NCBI RefSeq assembly: GCF_964204645.1
Contig: NC_134030.1
Location: forward strand, 7,172,778-7,236,777
Direction: 5' to 3'
Origin: Tubulanus polymorphus
Taxonomy: Eukaryota > Animalia > Nemertea
Length of the DNA: 64,000 nucleotides
The translations under genes and the position numbers were made by a program. The notes under the pieces are model-generated. The model was not told where the DNA came from. It made no database searches and saw only the letters and a list, made by a program, of their open reading frames with translations. Shown one piece after another: positions 1 to 10,881 of the stretch (position 1 is the stretch's first letter; every line of letters begins with the position of its first letter).

Positions 1-1
1 G

Positions 2-68
2 ACTGACTACGGTCAATGCTTCGGGTTTAACCACGATACGACGAAAGACATTTACAGCCAAGGGACTG
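2..68 (+). CDS. DEG/ENaC (ASIC-like) channel, internal exon (gene continues 5' of window)
   Basis: Reads TDYGQCFGFNHDTTKDIYSQGT, matching the DEG/ENaC 'T.YG.C(Y/F)xFN' motif; donor G|GTAAGA at 69. Confidence 0.9.
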
Positions 69-160
69 GTAAGAGTTGACAAGTTAATTATCTTGAATTT
101 CCCTTCCTTGAATGAAACGTGTATTCAGTATAATCTAAGGAAATCTTTACTTCAATACAG

Positions 161-342
161 GAGCGGCATATGGCTTGAACCTGTTGATCAACTTAGAACA
201 GTACCAGGACATGGAAGGAGAACACAAATCTGCCGGACTTAAAGTTCTAGTTCACGATAAATATCAAGGGATTCGTATGAAAGATTTGTCGTTATCTGTA
301 CCACCGTCGATGAGTGCATTTATCGATGTTCGAGCTAAAAGG
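161..342 (+). CDS. DEG/ENaC channel exon (palm/beta-ball)
   Basis: Acceptor TACAG at 160. Reads (G)AAYGLNLLINLEQ...SAGLKVLVHD...SVPPSMSAFIDVRAKR, containing the 'GL.L.L' and 'G.KV.VH' family motifs. Donor GTAAAT at 343; phases fit the neighbours. Confidence 0.92.
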
Positions 343-580
343 GTAAATTGTAGAGCTAGAATATCTGTGTACATTAAACACTTTTATTTTCTTTTCGAAT
401 TATCACAATTGTGAATAATCGAGGAAGGATATGCTTATAATTTCACATTAGCAATGATAAATCCCTTTCAGAATACTTTTGTTTTTAAGAAAAAAAGTGT
501 TTAATCAGCTTCCTGTAAAGAAGTTTGTGATCTTTCCACTCAAAAAAAAATTAATTTATGTCTATTCGGTTTCATTTCAG

Positions 581-773
581 ACGACCGAATTGCAAGATCC
601 GTACGGAATGTGCATAGAAAACGCCCAAAGACAAAGTATGTGTCAACATAACTGCTATATACGGGTGACGTCATCAATATGCAAATGCCTGCCGTTCTAT
701 GCCGAAGATAATACCGCAGGTCTATCATATTGTACTTTAAAACAACACAGAGATTGCTACCAACTACAACTCG
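581..773 (+). CDS. DEG/ENaC channel exon (Cys-rich thumb)
   Basis: Acceptor TTTCAG at 580. Reads TTELQDPYGMC...CQHNC...CKCLPFY...C...C, the thumb Cys pattern. Donor GTAAGG at 774. Confidence 0.92.
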
Positions 774-857
774 GTAAGGGAAATGGGCGTTCTGCATGAC
801 AATAGCCGCTGTTCAATTATTCTGATTATTATACATAATCGTCGTTTTATTCCAAAG

Positions 858-2361
858 CGAAAATGCGTCGAAATCAAACAGTTTGCGGCACTAGTGAATG
901 TCCACCACCTTGTCAACAACTGACGTACGATTCACGAATCAGTTATGCGGCTCTGTCGACGAGCATGGCGCAGGAAATGGCACAGAAGGAAAAAAACAAC
1001 CTGGACATGTTAGAAGATTACAAAATGGCCAGAGTAACTCTATACAATGCTGATTCACACCTCGAGGATGCGAGCTTTAATGCGGTTTTCAATTTTGTTT
1101 CGTCACTACAAAAATCTGAAATGGCTATAAAAAACGTTAGCGAATATCTGGATAATCAAGACAAAATCATCTATTCCGATAAACTCTACGTCGCAAAAAA
1201 GCTCAAAGAAATGTCAATGTCTGTTCGAGCGGAGAAAGGGAATTATTTACGCTATACCGACATGGAAAAAATCTCCACGATAGTTATTCCGGGTTTGTTA
1301 AACTTTAAAACGGCCCTTAACGAGACCCTAATTTCAGATTTCAAAGCCATAAACGATTTCCTAGCAAACTCGTCCGTTGTATCACACATGAATTTTCAAG
1401 AAGCGTTTTCAAACGTTGCTTTCGTATACAAAAATATGCTTCACACGGCCATATCGACTCGGCTAGCCTTTCAGAATTTATACGCCAATTTCAAAGAATA
1501 TACAACTTTCGTGAAGTCATTGATCGATTTTCCAATGATGATTGGTCACATTATAAAGTTTCAAAAATCATGTGACACATTGATTACTGCCTGCAATGAT
1601 TCTAAGGCAACGTTTCGCGATTTTGGCAATAGTCAATCAAGACGGGACTGGGACAATTTCTACAATCTAACCGGTCTGATTCCTGGCATCATCGATGAAT
1701 TCGAAAAGTCTGCGTTTGATCTGAAAACCAAATTGACTAATGTTGTTTATGAATTTGATGATCTTGAGAATTCATTGGAGACCTGCAAAAAAGAGCTATT
1801 CAACTTGTATTTGAAATACATTACGATCTTATATGAAAACATTATCAGCGCACCTATGAAATATGGTGCTACTAAACGGATGATTTTCCCTACACCAATT
1901 AACATAGTAACATTGATCGAAGACATTGGAAAAATAAAGGCGAATGTCACTCGACGGCTTAAAACAATGATCACGCAGAAACAGATTTCTGTGGCAGAAT
2001 TAAATTCTTTGATGCACGATAATAAAAACCTACTGGAGAAGTTCCCGCTAGATCTACAAACGTTCAAGGATAATTCGTTAAAAGTGATATCCTCGGTCGT
2101 TAAAGATATGGACAAGGATAGCCAACCTTCAAGAGACTTCATCGGAAAGATGCTTAGTTATGATATTCCTGTTGAGACTAGAACATCATTGGAGAAAATT
2201 AAGAAAAAACTGCAGTACATCGTCGACGAAAATAATGAGCTTACCAGAACTATGAAACAATATCGCGATGCGCAAGCTGAATTGACGCTTGCAACCTCAC
2301 TATTAAACGGTCATATGACAAAGTATCGGAACAGCATTGTCATTGGTGAAGACTTTGTAGT
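858..2361 (+). CDS. DEG/ENaC channel giant exon: end of thumb, beta10, then about 470 aa helical segment in the knuckle position
   Basis: Acceptor AAAG at 857. Begins AKMRRNQTVCGTSECPPPCQQLTYDSRISYAALS (family 'C.ppC....Y....S') and stays open for 1504 nt. The phase-2 donor GTTAGT at 2362 restores frame with the next exon. Confidence 0.85.
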
Positions 2362-2450
2362 GTTAGTATTCGTGTTTTTAATTTTTCTACAAGCTGATTT
2401 CGGTGCCCATTTCGTTACTACGCTTGATCTTTTATGGCTTTTATTTTCAG

Positions 2451-2542
2451 AAATAATTACGTATACGTTTCAGTCTACTTCAGAACACTGAGTTTGGAGA
2501 CGTTGAAAAAGTCGAAAGGATATCTGTGGTTTTCGTTAGTTT
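2451..2542 (+). CDS. DEG/ENaC channel exon (beta11-beta12, start of TM2)
   Basis: Acceptor TTTCAG at 2450. Reads NNYVYVSVYFRTLSLETLKKSKGYLWFSLV, matching 'N...L.IYF..L.Y........Y....L'. Donor GTAAGT at 2543. Confidence 0.9.
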
Positions 2543-2823
2543 GTAAGTAAATGAAATTGATCGATTGAATGTTAAGTCATGTAATAGGAGCTCGTATAGC
2601 TTGATGTCGTGTGAGTTCTTACTGTGACTTAACTTACGCTTCAAAGGATGCATTGAATCTCCGTTCTGATTGCTGTTTGTCGAGTCCGGAGCATAAATCG
2701 CTTCAGAATATACAGCCGAAGAGATTGTATACCCACGCTGTTGATAACTTGTTACATACCTGTATATAGGAGATCATAATATCGCCAATTCTGTGACATT
2801 TGTTTCTCATTCTTGTCTTTTAG

Positions 2824-3053
2824 GTGATATAGGTGGTTCTGCCGGGCTTTATTTAGGCGCATCTTTATTGGCTATTGCCGAGGTCATCTGGTTTTTCGGA
2901 TCTCAACTCGTGTACCGCTTGAAGCGGCTGCACCGTGTGCGAGCTGATAAACAAGAGGAACAATATGGCGTTGCCGACACGAAAAGCGGATCTGGAGCGA
3001 ATCGATTTTGTACAAATCGAAATAGTATCAATACCATCACATCTCCAATTTAG
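2824..3053 (+). CDS. DEG/ENaC channel last exon (TM2 with GAS selectivity filter, C-tail)
   Basis: Acceptor TTTAG at 2823. Reads (C)DIGGSAGLYLGASLLAIAEVIWF...TITSPI*. AATAAA at 3101-3106. The six exons sum to 2268 nt, in frame. Confidence 0.93.
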
Positions 3054-3638
3054 AAAAGGAGCGAAACGCAACCAATTCTTTTAGTGATTCATTATCTCCC
3101 AATAAACTGAAATATTTCACAACAAACGATATTGTTGCTGTAAATCATTGCGTTGGAATTTAATATGCGCATTCATATATCTTTTAGATACATGAAATTA
3201 TGTCATGACTTCACTTGTTTATCATCCGGGAAAGGGGATGATGTTTCGGATAAAGTAGGACGCAAACGGCTCTCGATAAGAAATCGGTTTTCATGGACGG
3301 ATCTACAAAAGAGCTTAAGATTCATTCTAGTAGAATCTATACTTATACGAACAAAATAGTTCATCTAATTCTTGCGGAGCATAATGTTTTCTTAACTTAC
3401 ATTGAAATCGCCTGTGAATAATTCAATGATACAGTATAATATAATGGTGGTAAAAACCATTTATCTTAATGTACAATTTCTATTATATAGTATTAAAGAT
3501 GATGCATCTTGCCCGTAAGATAAAGCTAGATGCTAATTTAATTTGTTCAATGTTTATATACATGTTTGCTTGATTATTTCGAAGCGACGATTCATCGGAT
3601 ATACACAATATCAGCGCGAGGAAGATATCATCTCCGCC

Positions 3639-3708
3639 ATGTTTGATATACCGATTCATTTGATGTGTTTTTACATGTTATTCCCATCAACCGCAGCTAC
3701 GGCTACAG
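3639..3708 (+). CDS. Family-B-like GPCR exon 1 (signal peptide)
   Basis: GCCATG context; reads MFDIPIHLMCFYMLFPSTAATAT. The phase-1 donor G|GTGAGT matches the phase-1 acceptor at 4230. Confidence 0.8.
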
Positions 3709-4230
3709 GTGAGTGAACATCGTCGTCCGACTCGATTATAGTTCCACATCGAACGTGGAATGATCATCAGCCAGCTTTTGACGTTGTGTTGTCTGATGTT
3801 ATATCCTACATTTTCACCTTTCTTCGGCTCTTATCACTACTGCGATTCTCTCACATTATATGTTACGTATATAACGTTGTACGATTTTAACAATTGCCGA
3901 AAAACGTGTTTTGTCGTTGTTTTTGCTTGTTATGGATTTAGCAATAGAACTACTAAAATTTCAGTGATACAAGTTTTTTTACTTTGATTTCACAAGCTAT
4001 GCATGCGTAAAATTCTATATACTGGTGACTCAGTTGAATACATGAAGCCCACTGTACCAAAGGCATTCATTCATCTTCAAGAGTGATATTTTCTCGCGAT
4101 GTTCTTCTTATGGTGATAGCTATATGCGTGCACTGGGCCTAAAAATGATGATAAGGCCTCCCGTGTGAATGCTTCTATAAATACGTAATTTACCTTCGAA
4201 AATAAATTGCTATCAAAATTTGCTTTTCAG

Positions 4231-6764
4231 GAATGAGTGAAAATCGCACAGCGATCACGAGTCCGCAGTGCGCGAGGTCAGACTGTGAATGTGGAAGAAA
4301 AACGACAGTTTGTTCGTGTGAAGAAACGTGCGTCAAGATGGGAATTTGTTGCAAGAGTTATGCCACGAGTTGTGCCACTAACACGACCACGGCAACACCA
4401 TTTCCGTCGTCCTTCGTAAATTATGTCCTATGCAGCTCATTTCAAGTCTCCTATTTCAGTAACACTAATCTAGGGAACTATTGGTCAGTTTCGCGGTGTC
4501 CGCCCGAAAGTAATCGGTTTGATTCATCGATCAAACGACGGTGTGAACACCCGGTCGAAATCGGCTGGAATTCATCGATCAACGATTTAGTCGAGTATAC
4601 GCCAGTTTTCTACGACGATCTTCTCTTTCGTAATTATTTTTGCCTTCGCTGCCACGTGGAAGACATCGACTCTAACACCTTGACACCGGTCCATATACGC
4701 TTTCATTCTCTGGACCAGAAAACGAAATCGCTCTCTCTACGCGACGATGGTCGCCTTTTAGAGAGGTTACGCGTTGGTTCGTATGTGCCAAAAATTGAGT
4801 GGAAATACTCCCCAAACCACGAAATACAATGTTTTGATCCGATGAATAAGAAACAGATCGTAGAATGCCTCGATTCCAAGAGCCGTTGGTACACGACGTG
4901 TCAAAGCTACGTGGAGCCCATTCACATTAAAAACAAAAATAACCTGGTCTTTAAAAAAAAACACTGTGCCATCTGTAACGGCTACGAACGTAGTGACTTC
5001 GGATGTGCTTTCTCGAGGGGTTTTTGGATAAATTATGAAAGGCCTGTTTTATCCGTTCTATTCGATTTATCCCGACCGATGTTGATAGAGACTCAACTGA
5101 TTGATTCGAACACCAATCGTCTCGTTCAAAAGTTACCGAATTGCCAAACGCCGGGAACAGTCTATAATGCACTGAACGGTCAGTGTTCAGACGTCGAAGA
5201 ATATAAAGAGCAATTTCCCTCGGTGGAGCCTAGACGCCTGATTCATGTCGAATTATCCGCTTCGTTTAATTGCGCATCCGATGTCACTGCAATCATTTGG
5301 TTGACGGATAAGATGAAGGATTTCTTTTTCGAATCGTTTAAAGCGAATTTAAAAAACCTATCGATATCAACTCGGATCGATGAGAATTGCTGTTCATTTT
5401 CGATTGACCTGTCATCGGCCTTTTATACCGAAACGACTGAGAAAAATCTGCTCGACAGAATGACCGGTGCCGTCAATGCATCGAATGCTTGCTGTAGATT
5501 TGACGATTCAAAGTTTGAATTACGAGTTAGGAATCATCGTTACGCGGACCTGAAAGGATGTCCACCAGAGAAAGTAATCGAGCTCGTTGATGATACGAGT
5601 TACACGATCCTAGATCAACAAGGCATCGAATACGTGACGTTCGTTTCAGCTACTAACGCCACCAAGCGGCGTACCCAGTGGCTACCCCTACGTAAAACAT
5701 CGGGCGTATTTCTGGAATATGTCGTTCGACGTGGGGAAGTTCCGCAAAGATACTTGACTATTTGTGACAATCGATGCGATTCAGAGGTTATTTTCAGTCG
5801 AGAATTCCTTCTTTCGACCGAGCAGAAACACCGACTGACGACCGCTGATGGTTTAGACGTACTGTTGAGTCCTTTCCAGTTTCATTTAGCAGGAAATTCC
5901 GTCATCGTTTGTTTCGATACGATCAATTTGACGAAGGATTTCGATACGGACGTTGAAGAGATGATAACTGTTGTAACAAGTGCGTTATCACTGATCGGAC
6001 TGGCAGTTCTGCTCTTAACCTACACGGTGTTTCGATCGCTCCGATCTTTACCGGGTATAAATCTCATGCACATGTCAGCATCGTTATTTTTGGTCATGCT
6101 TTTATTCAACACCGTCGTATTTCAGTCATCGGTACTATCTCGTCCGGTGCTCTGCGCAGTAATCGGCATGTTAGTTCACTATCTGTGGCTCGTCGTGTTC
6201 TTTTGGTCGAACGTAATTGGTTACGACACATACCGCACGTTCGCTACACCGGCCGGAATCGAGACAGGGACCCGCGCCGACCGGATGACTCGTCTACGGG
6301 GTTACTGCGCGTATGCGTGGTTCATGCCAGCTGTTCTCGTCGGTAGCTGCATCGCGATCGCGTACACGCTTCCGCATATCGGTTTCGTGTACGCTAACGC
6401 TCACGTATGTTGGATTTCTAACTATACGCAGCTTCTGTACACATTTCTCGTTCCTATCGCCGTCATATGCGCGGCTAATTTAACTTTCTTCGTTCTGACC
6501 ATTCAATCGATCTGTCGCGCGAGAAAGGAGTCGGAAATGACAAGAAATACAAGACGACCCGATCGTAATTTTATCCTCATAACAAAGTTGTCTTTGATAA
6601 TGGGTTTGAATTGGTATTTTGGGCTGATCGCGAGTCACGGTAGTGACACACTCAAATTGATTTATACCGTTTTCAACGGTTGGCAGGGATTTTTGATTTT
6701 TGCTTGCTTTATTCTGAGAACTCGCATATTCAGATTGTACAAAAGCTATTTCATCACACACTGA
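4231..6764 (+). CDS. Family-B-like (Methuselah/adhesion-like) 7TM GPCR with somatomedin-B-like Cys-rich ectodomain, exon 2
   Basis: 843-aa ORF. N-terminal CSCEETCVKMGICCKSY (SMB-like). 7TM with family-B motifs LRSLPGINLMHM, C...G.L.HYLWL..FFW, YCAYAWFMP, CWI and GWQGFLIF. No GPS motif seen. AATAAA at 6897-6902. Confidence 0.92.
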
Positions 6765-8918
6765 AACGACCAATTCATTTCATCAAAACAACAAGTCTTA
6801 TTGCAGTTTCCAGATGCCATGTTTTCGGCTACCCGCTGGGTCCACGTCGTTTTGAATTTGTTGGACTCTAAAACGAAATTTAAACGCGACAAGACGAATA
6901 AACGAATCGCATTCGTTCAGAAGACATTTATTATTTATTATTCATTCATTTATTCATTCATGGCCTGTATACACGAATTATACAGGACGGGTAGTAATAA
7001 TATATAAAATATAGCACCAAGTACTTTTTCACCACAACATCCACGCATACAACAATAACGCAATCCTAATACATATAAAACGGGTGGGCTGTGAGTATAT
7101 CCCTTAATTGGTTATTTCTATAAACTAGCGTTTGAACTCTAGTCTATGATTATACCCACTGTTATTGGGATGAGGTATCGGCAAAGCTATAAGCCTGCTG
7201 TGGCAATCGACGACCCGCGAGGTTCGCTAGTAGTTGGTCGGTCTACCGCGCCGCAATTTGTTCTATGTTTCATTTACAAAATCGTGTGAACTTTCCAAGT
7301 AAATCAATAATCGATACAAATTTTGGCTGATTCATCATTTCCAGTTATCACCTCATCTGGCGGTGTGTGCCGATACCCCATTAAATTTGTTTAACTGGGA
7401 CTACAACCGATGTGTGTTCAGTACATACGACGGCCGTTTTATGAACAATTTTGTATACGAATTCTGAATTAGAAAACTTACTTAAGATCACAAATTATAG
7501 CAAGACGTTAAAGGTTTGAACTGAACAAATATATCATCAATCGCGATATAATTGTATTCAATCTTCACTAATATAAGTATTATTTCACGTTCGACTCTCT
7601 AGTTAAGGTCGAGAAGGAATGTTAAACATTCGTACATGACACACTTGCACGCGGTAAGATGACCACCCCGAGACTTCGTCATTTCGCCAAGTCGTTTTTA
7701 AGTAGATAAGACAATCATTTGGAATACAGATAAAAACTCACTACTAACTACAAGTAAAAGTTAGCTTATCAAATAATTCTAAGTACACGTGCGAGTCTAC
7801 GAATAGACTACTGACAGCCCGATGCCCTCGTTGATAGATGAACTACTCTACAACGTAGATTGTCTGACAATCGTTGTATCTACAACAGAAGAAACATAAC
7901 GAATAGTAGAACGATTTTATCAGACACTTCTCTATAGCAATCCTACGTCAATTTTTATCAACAATGAATATCGATTTTACTCTTAGATAAAATGACGAAA
8001 CCACGGGGGATCGATGCACTAAATGATACAACGACAGTACATGTATAATCGTTCTCATTGTTATTTACAAATATTTTCTTCACGACCTCCTGCTATATTT
8101 ACACTGATGTACACGTGTTCATTCGTACATATTATACTTAGTAGTTGTTGTTATATGTGATATCTATTACAAAAATGTTTACAAAATCCAACCGAAGAAA
8201 ATCGTATATCGCAAATCCAACACAAAAAAGGTATGAACAAAATGATGGCGACAGCAACAAACAAACGATTCTTTAAAATTTTGACTTTATAAATTCGACA
8301 CTTCGAAATCTCAAAATTTGATGAAATTCAATAATTGATTTGAATCCCAGGCCAAACTTTAATTCGTCCTCAAATTGTGGGTTCTCACTGCCTTCAATTC
8401 AGTAAAGTTGTTTGCTTGTTGATTTTTTATCAACCAACACTTAAATGCACATTACATTCAATTATCAGCTGAATAATTAAGTAGCCGATGACCAATTAGC
8501 TATCGTATTTCAATTTCATATAATCAATAACCCGATACAAAAATTGCACACTACAGCACGCGTGGCCTATAAATAACTATTCATCTTTGTTTACGATATA
8601 CATTACTGCAAACGATATACTATTTAATGTTTTGTAATGATATGTCTTTTCCCCGTTTTTTGATTTCGGTCATCAATGAATTATGTTACCGTATTACGTT
8701 ACATACGATGTCGTTAGAGATATATAAAAAAACAAATGAAAACGAGTGAATTTCATTAAAATATTCATTGCTCTAATCAACGTGTTTTTCTCGTTTCAGC
8801 AGATGAGCATCCTCCCGCGGCAGGGATACGAACTCATGTCATCAATGACGACCTACAGAAATCACATTTAGTTCGTTTAGCCCGTGAGATTTTACGTAGA
8901 ATCTGATTGGGTCAAACG

Positions 8919-9010
8919 GCTGCGCTTCCGGATCATCTTGAGTGGGATATTTCGATACCATCAGGTTCGAATCCCAGCTTCTCAATAGCGCCGGGTTCGA
9001 ATCCCAGCTT
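8919..9010 (+). mobile_element. tRNA-derived SINE remnant with duplicated B-box
   Basis: GGTTCGAATCCCAGCTT occurs twice, 30 nt apart. The CGAT.C.ATCAGGTTCGAATCC context recurs at about 30.46 and 35.16 kb. Confidence 0.5.
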
Positions 9011-10748
9011 TTCGATTTCGTCAGGTCCGTGGCCCTGCCGAAGGTGGTTAGCAGACGAGACAATTAATGACGAATGAATCGATAAGTGATCACTGATGAT
9101 TATATTGAACTAGACCTCGAGCCATCATCTCTGAACCGTGATTCGAATTTATCCTAAAAATAACCATTATATATATAACGAATGATTGGCCACCGAAGTT
9201 TAATTTTTTTTGTACAAGAGAGCGATATTTTATAAAATTTTTCAGTTTGACTTGTTGTACAAGCTGTTGAATTGAAACTTGCAAGCGTATTTCGTTTGTA
9301 CATTGTACATACATTATCGGTCGGTATCATTTCAAAAACAACCATTTCCCACGCCGATATTGTCGAAGTACAGATATCGCGTTTCGGAAAAAGAGAACTG
9401 CGACTTTGGAGCTCACAGATCAAGCAAAACGTAAGCGGATCCAGTAAAATTATGAACGAAATTATTTTTTCTCCAAAAAACAACAACAATATAGACGCGA
9501 GACGATCGACGTAGCAACCCCTGGATCCACTCCGCGTTCCGCTGTTTTGTAACTTTGGCAAATATTGTTCGTAACGGTTTAACAAATGGTAAGCGTGTAT
9601 AAAAAGTGTTCGATATATTTCGTCGACGAATCGAACTCCCCGTCGCACGTCTGCCGTAGAGAGTTCAAATCAACTAGAATCGACGATGATAAACAATAAC
9701 TTTTTTTCGCACTGACGTCATCAGATTCAGGAGTAACGTGGTCAATATCAACAATCTCCAATGGTAAGAAAAATAGTGTCAACTTCTCTTTTTTTATTCG
9801 TTTACATGAGATTCTTTAATTGCGCACGTACATACAACGAGTCACTCAACACTCTCCGAGATTATGAGATATTTGAGAGAATGTATTCAGTTTACAATCA
9901 CAGTCTATATCGATTTTTTATCGTATCGTGGACAGTGGCGCTTTGGTCCGTTCTTTTTTGTTACCCGCGAAAGGAAATTACGCGCGCAAATTTGACACGT
10001 TTACGCAGACACAAGCGTCAAAGCGCCCATCTACTTATTACACACCCTTCATATTTTGATTCTTTCATTCACATCGTGGAAGAAGACGAAGATTTCATTT
10101 TTTGATTGAAGTTAAAAATATGTTCTCTGTGTTTTGTTTTTCTGTTGCTGTATATGAACAAGTGATAAGTAGCCGCGTTGGCTATCGGTCAGCAGGGTTC
10201 AATAGTAATAACCGCAATATAACACACGTATCACAGTGCGAATTGTACTCACACACCTCAGCTGTTCGGAGTACTCGATCCAAATTCTACCCGTCCTCAG
10301 AATGATTAGTTTAACGGTTATCCCAATAGTAAATGCATTGGACCCAATTCCCATATAGCACTCATCTGAAGTTTTTTGACAACACGCGCAGCGGCTAAAC
10401 CCATAGGTTTCCTAGGTACGCTCATCTTCATATCGATTTCCGCCATTTTCTGATTGTCCGTTCGCAACGCATATCGTCGATCACGCGCTTGTTCGTATCG
10501 TGTGTCGGAATACGTACGATAGATTTCATTCGGAGTCTGCTTGAATCTATCAGAACTTTCCGATTGATTGCGAATTCGACTACGATTCGATAACAGTTTC
10601 GACGCCGAGTAAGTGGCTCTTTACGAAAAGCGACAATACGATTTCGGCGGCCTCTTCGCTGACACGACGACGGTATGACGTGCATTTAATGCGTATTAAA
10701 AACAGCAGCAGATGAAACCACATTTAAAGAGAAATGTTTGGTTAATTC

Positions 10749-10881
10749 TCACACGTTCGTCGATAGTCGACTCATAGTCGGCAGTTCCCGTTCACTGTTC
10801 GTACTTTCAGAGAGTGCTATACTTTGTGCATATTGTCTGTTTCCGTTATAAGTTGAGTAACCGGGTCCGCAATCATACCGG
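10749..10881 (-). CDS. KIRREL: KIRREL last exon (PDZ-binding C-terminus STNV)
   Basis: Acceptor TTTCAG; reads SRYDCGPGYSTY...MSRLSTNV*; phase 2 matches the previous exon. Confidence 0.85.

Noticed and set aside
2362-2491. Hydrophobic TM-like tail of the 542-aa ORF (VVLVFVFLIFL...LLWLLF)
   Set aside because: Read-through of a T-rich 89-nt GT-AG intron; splicing restores the canonical beta11-TM2 frame.
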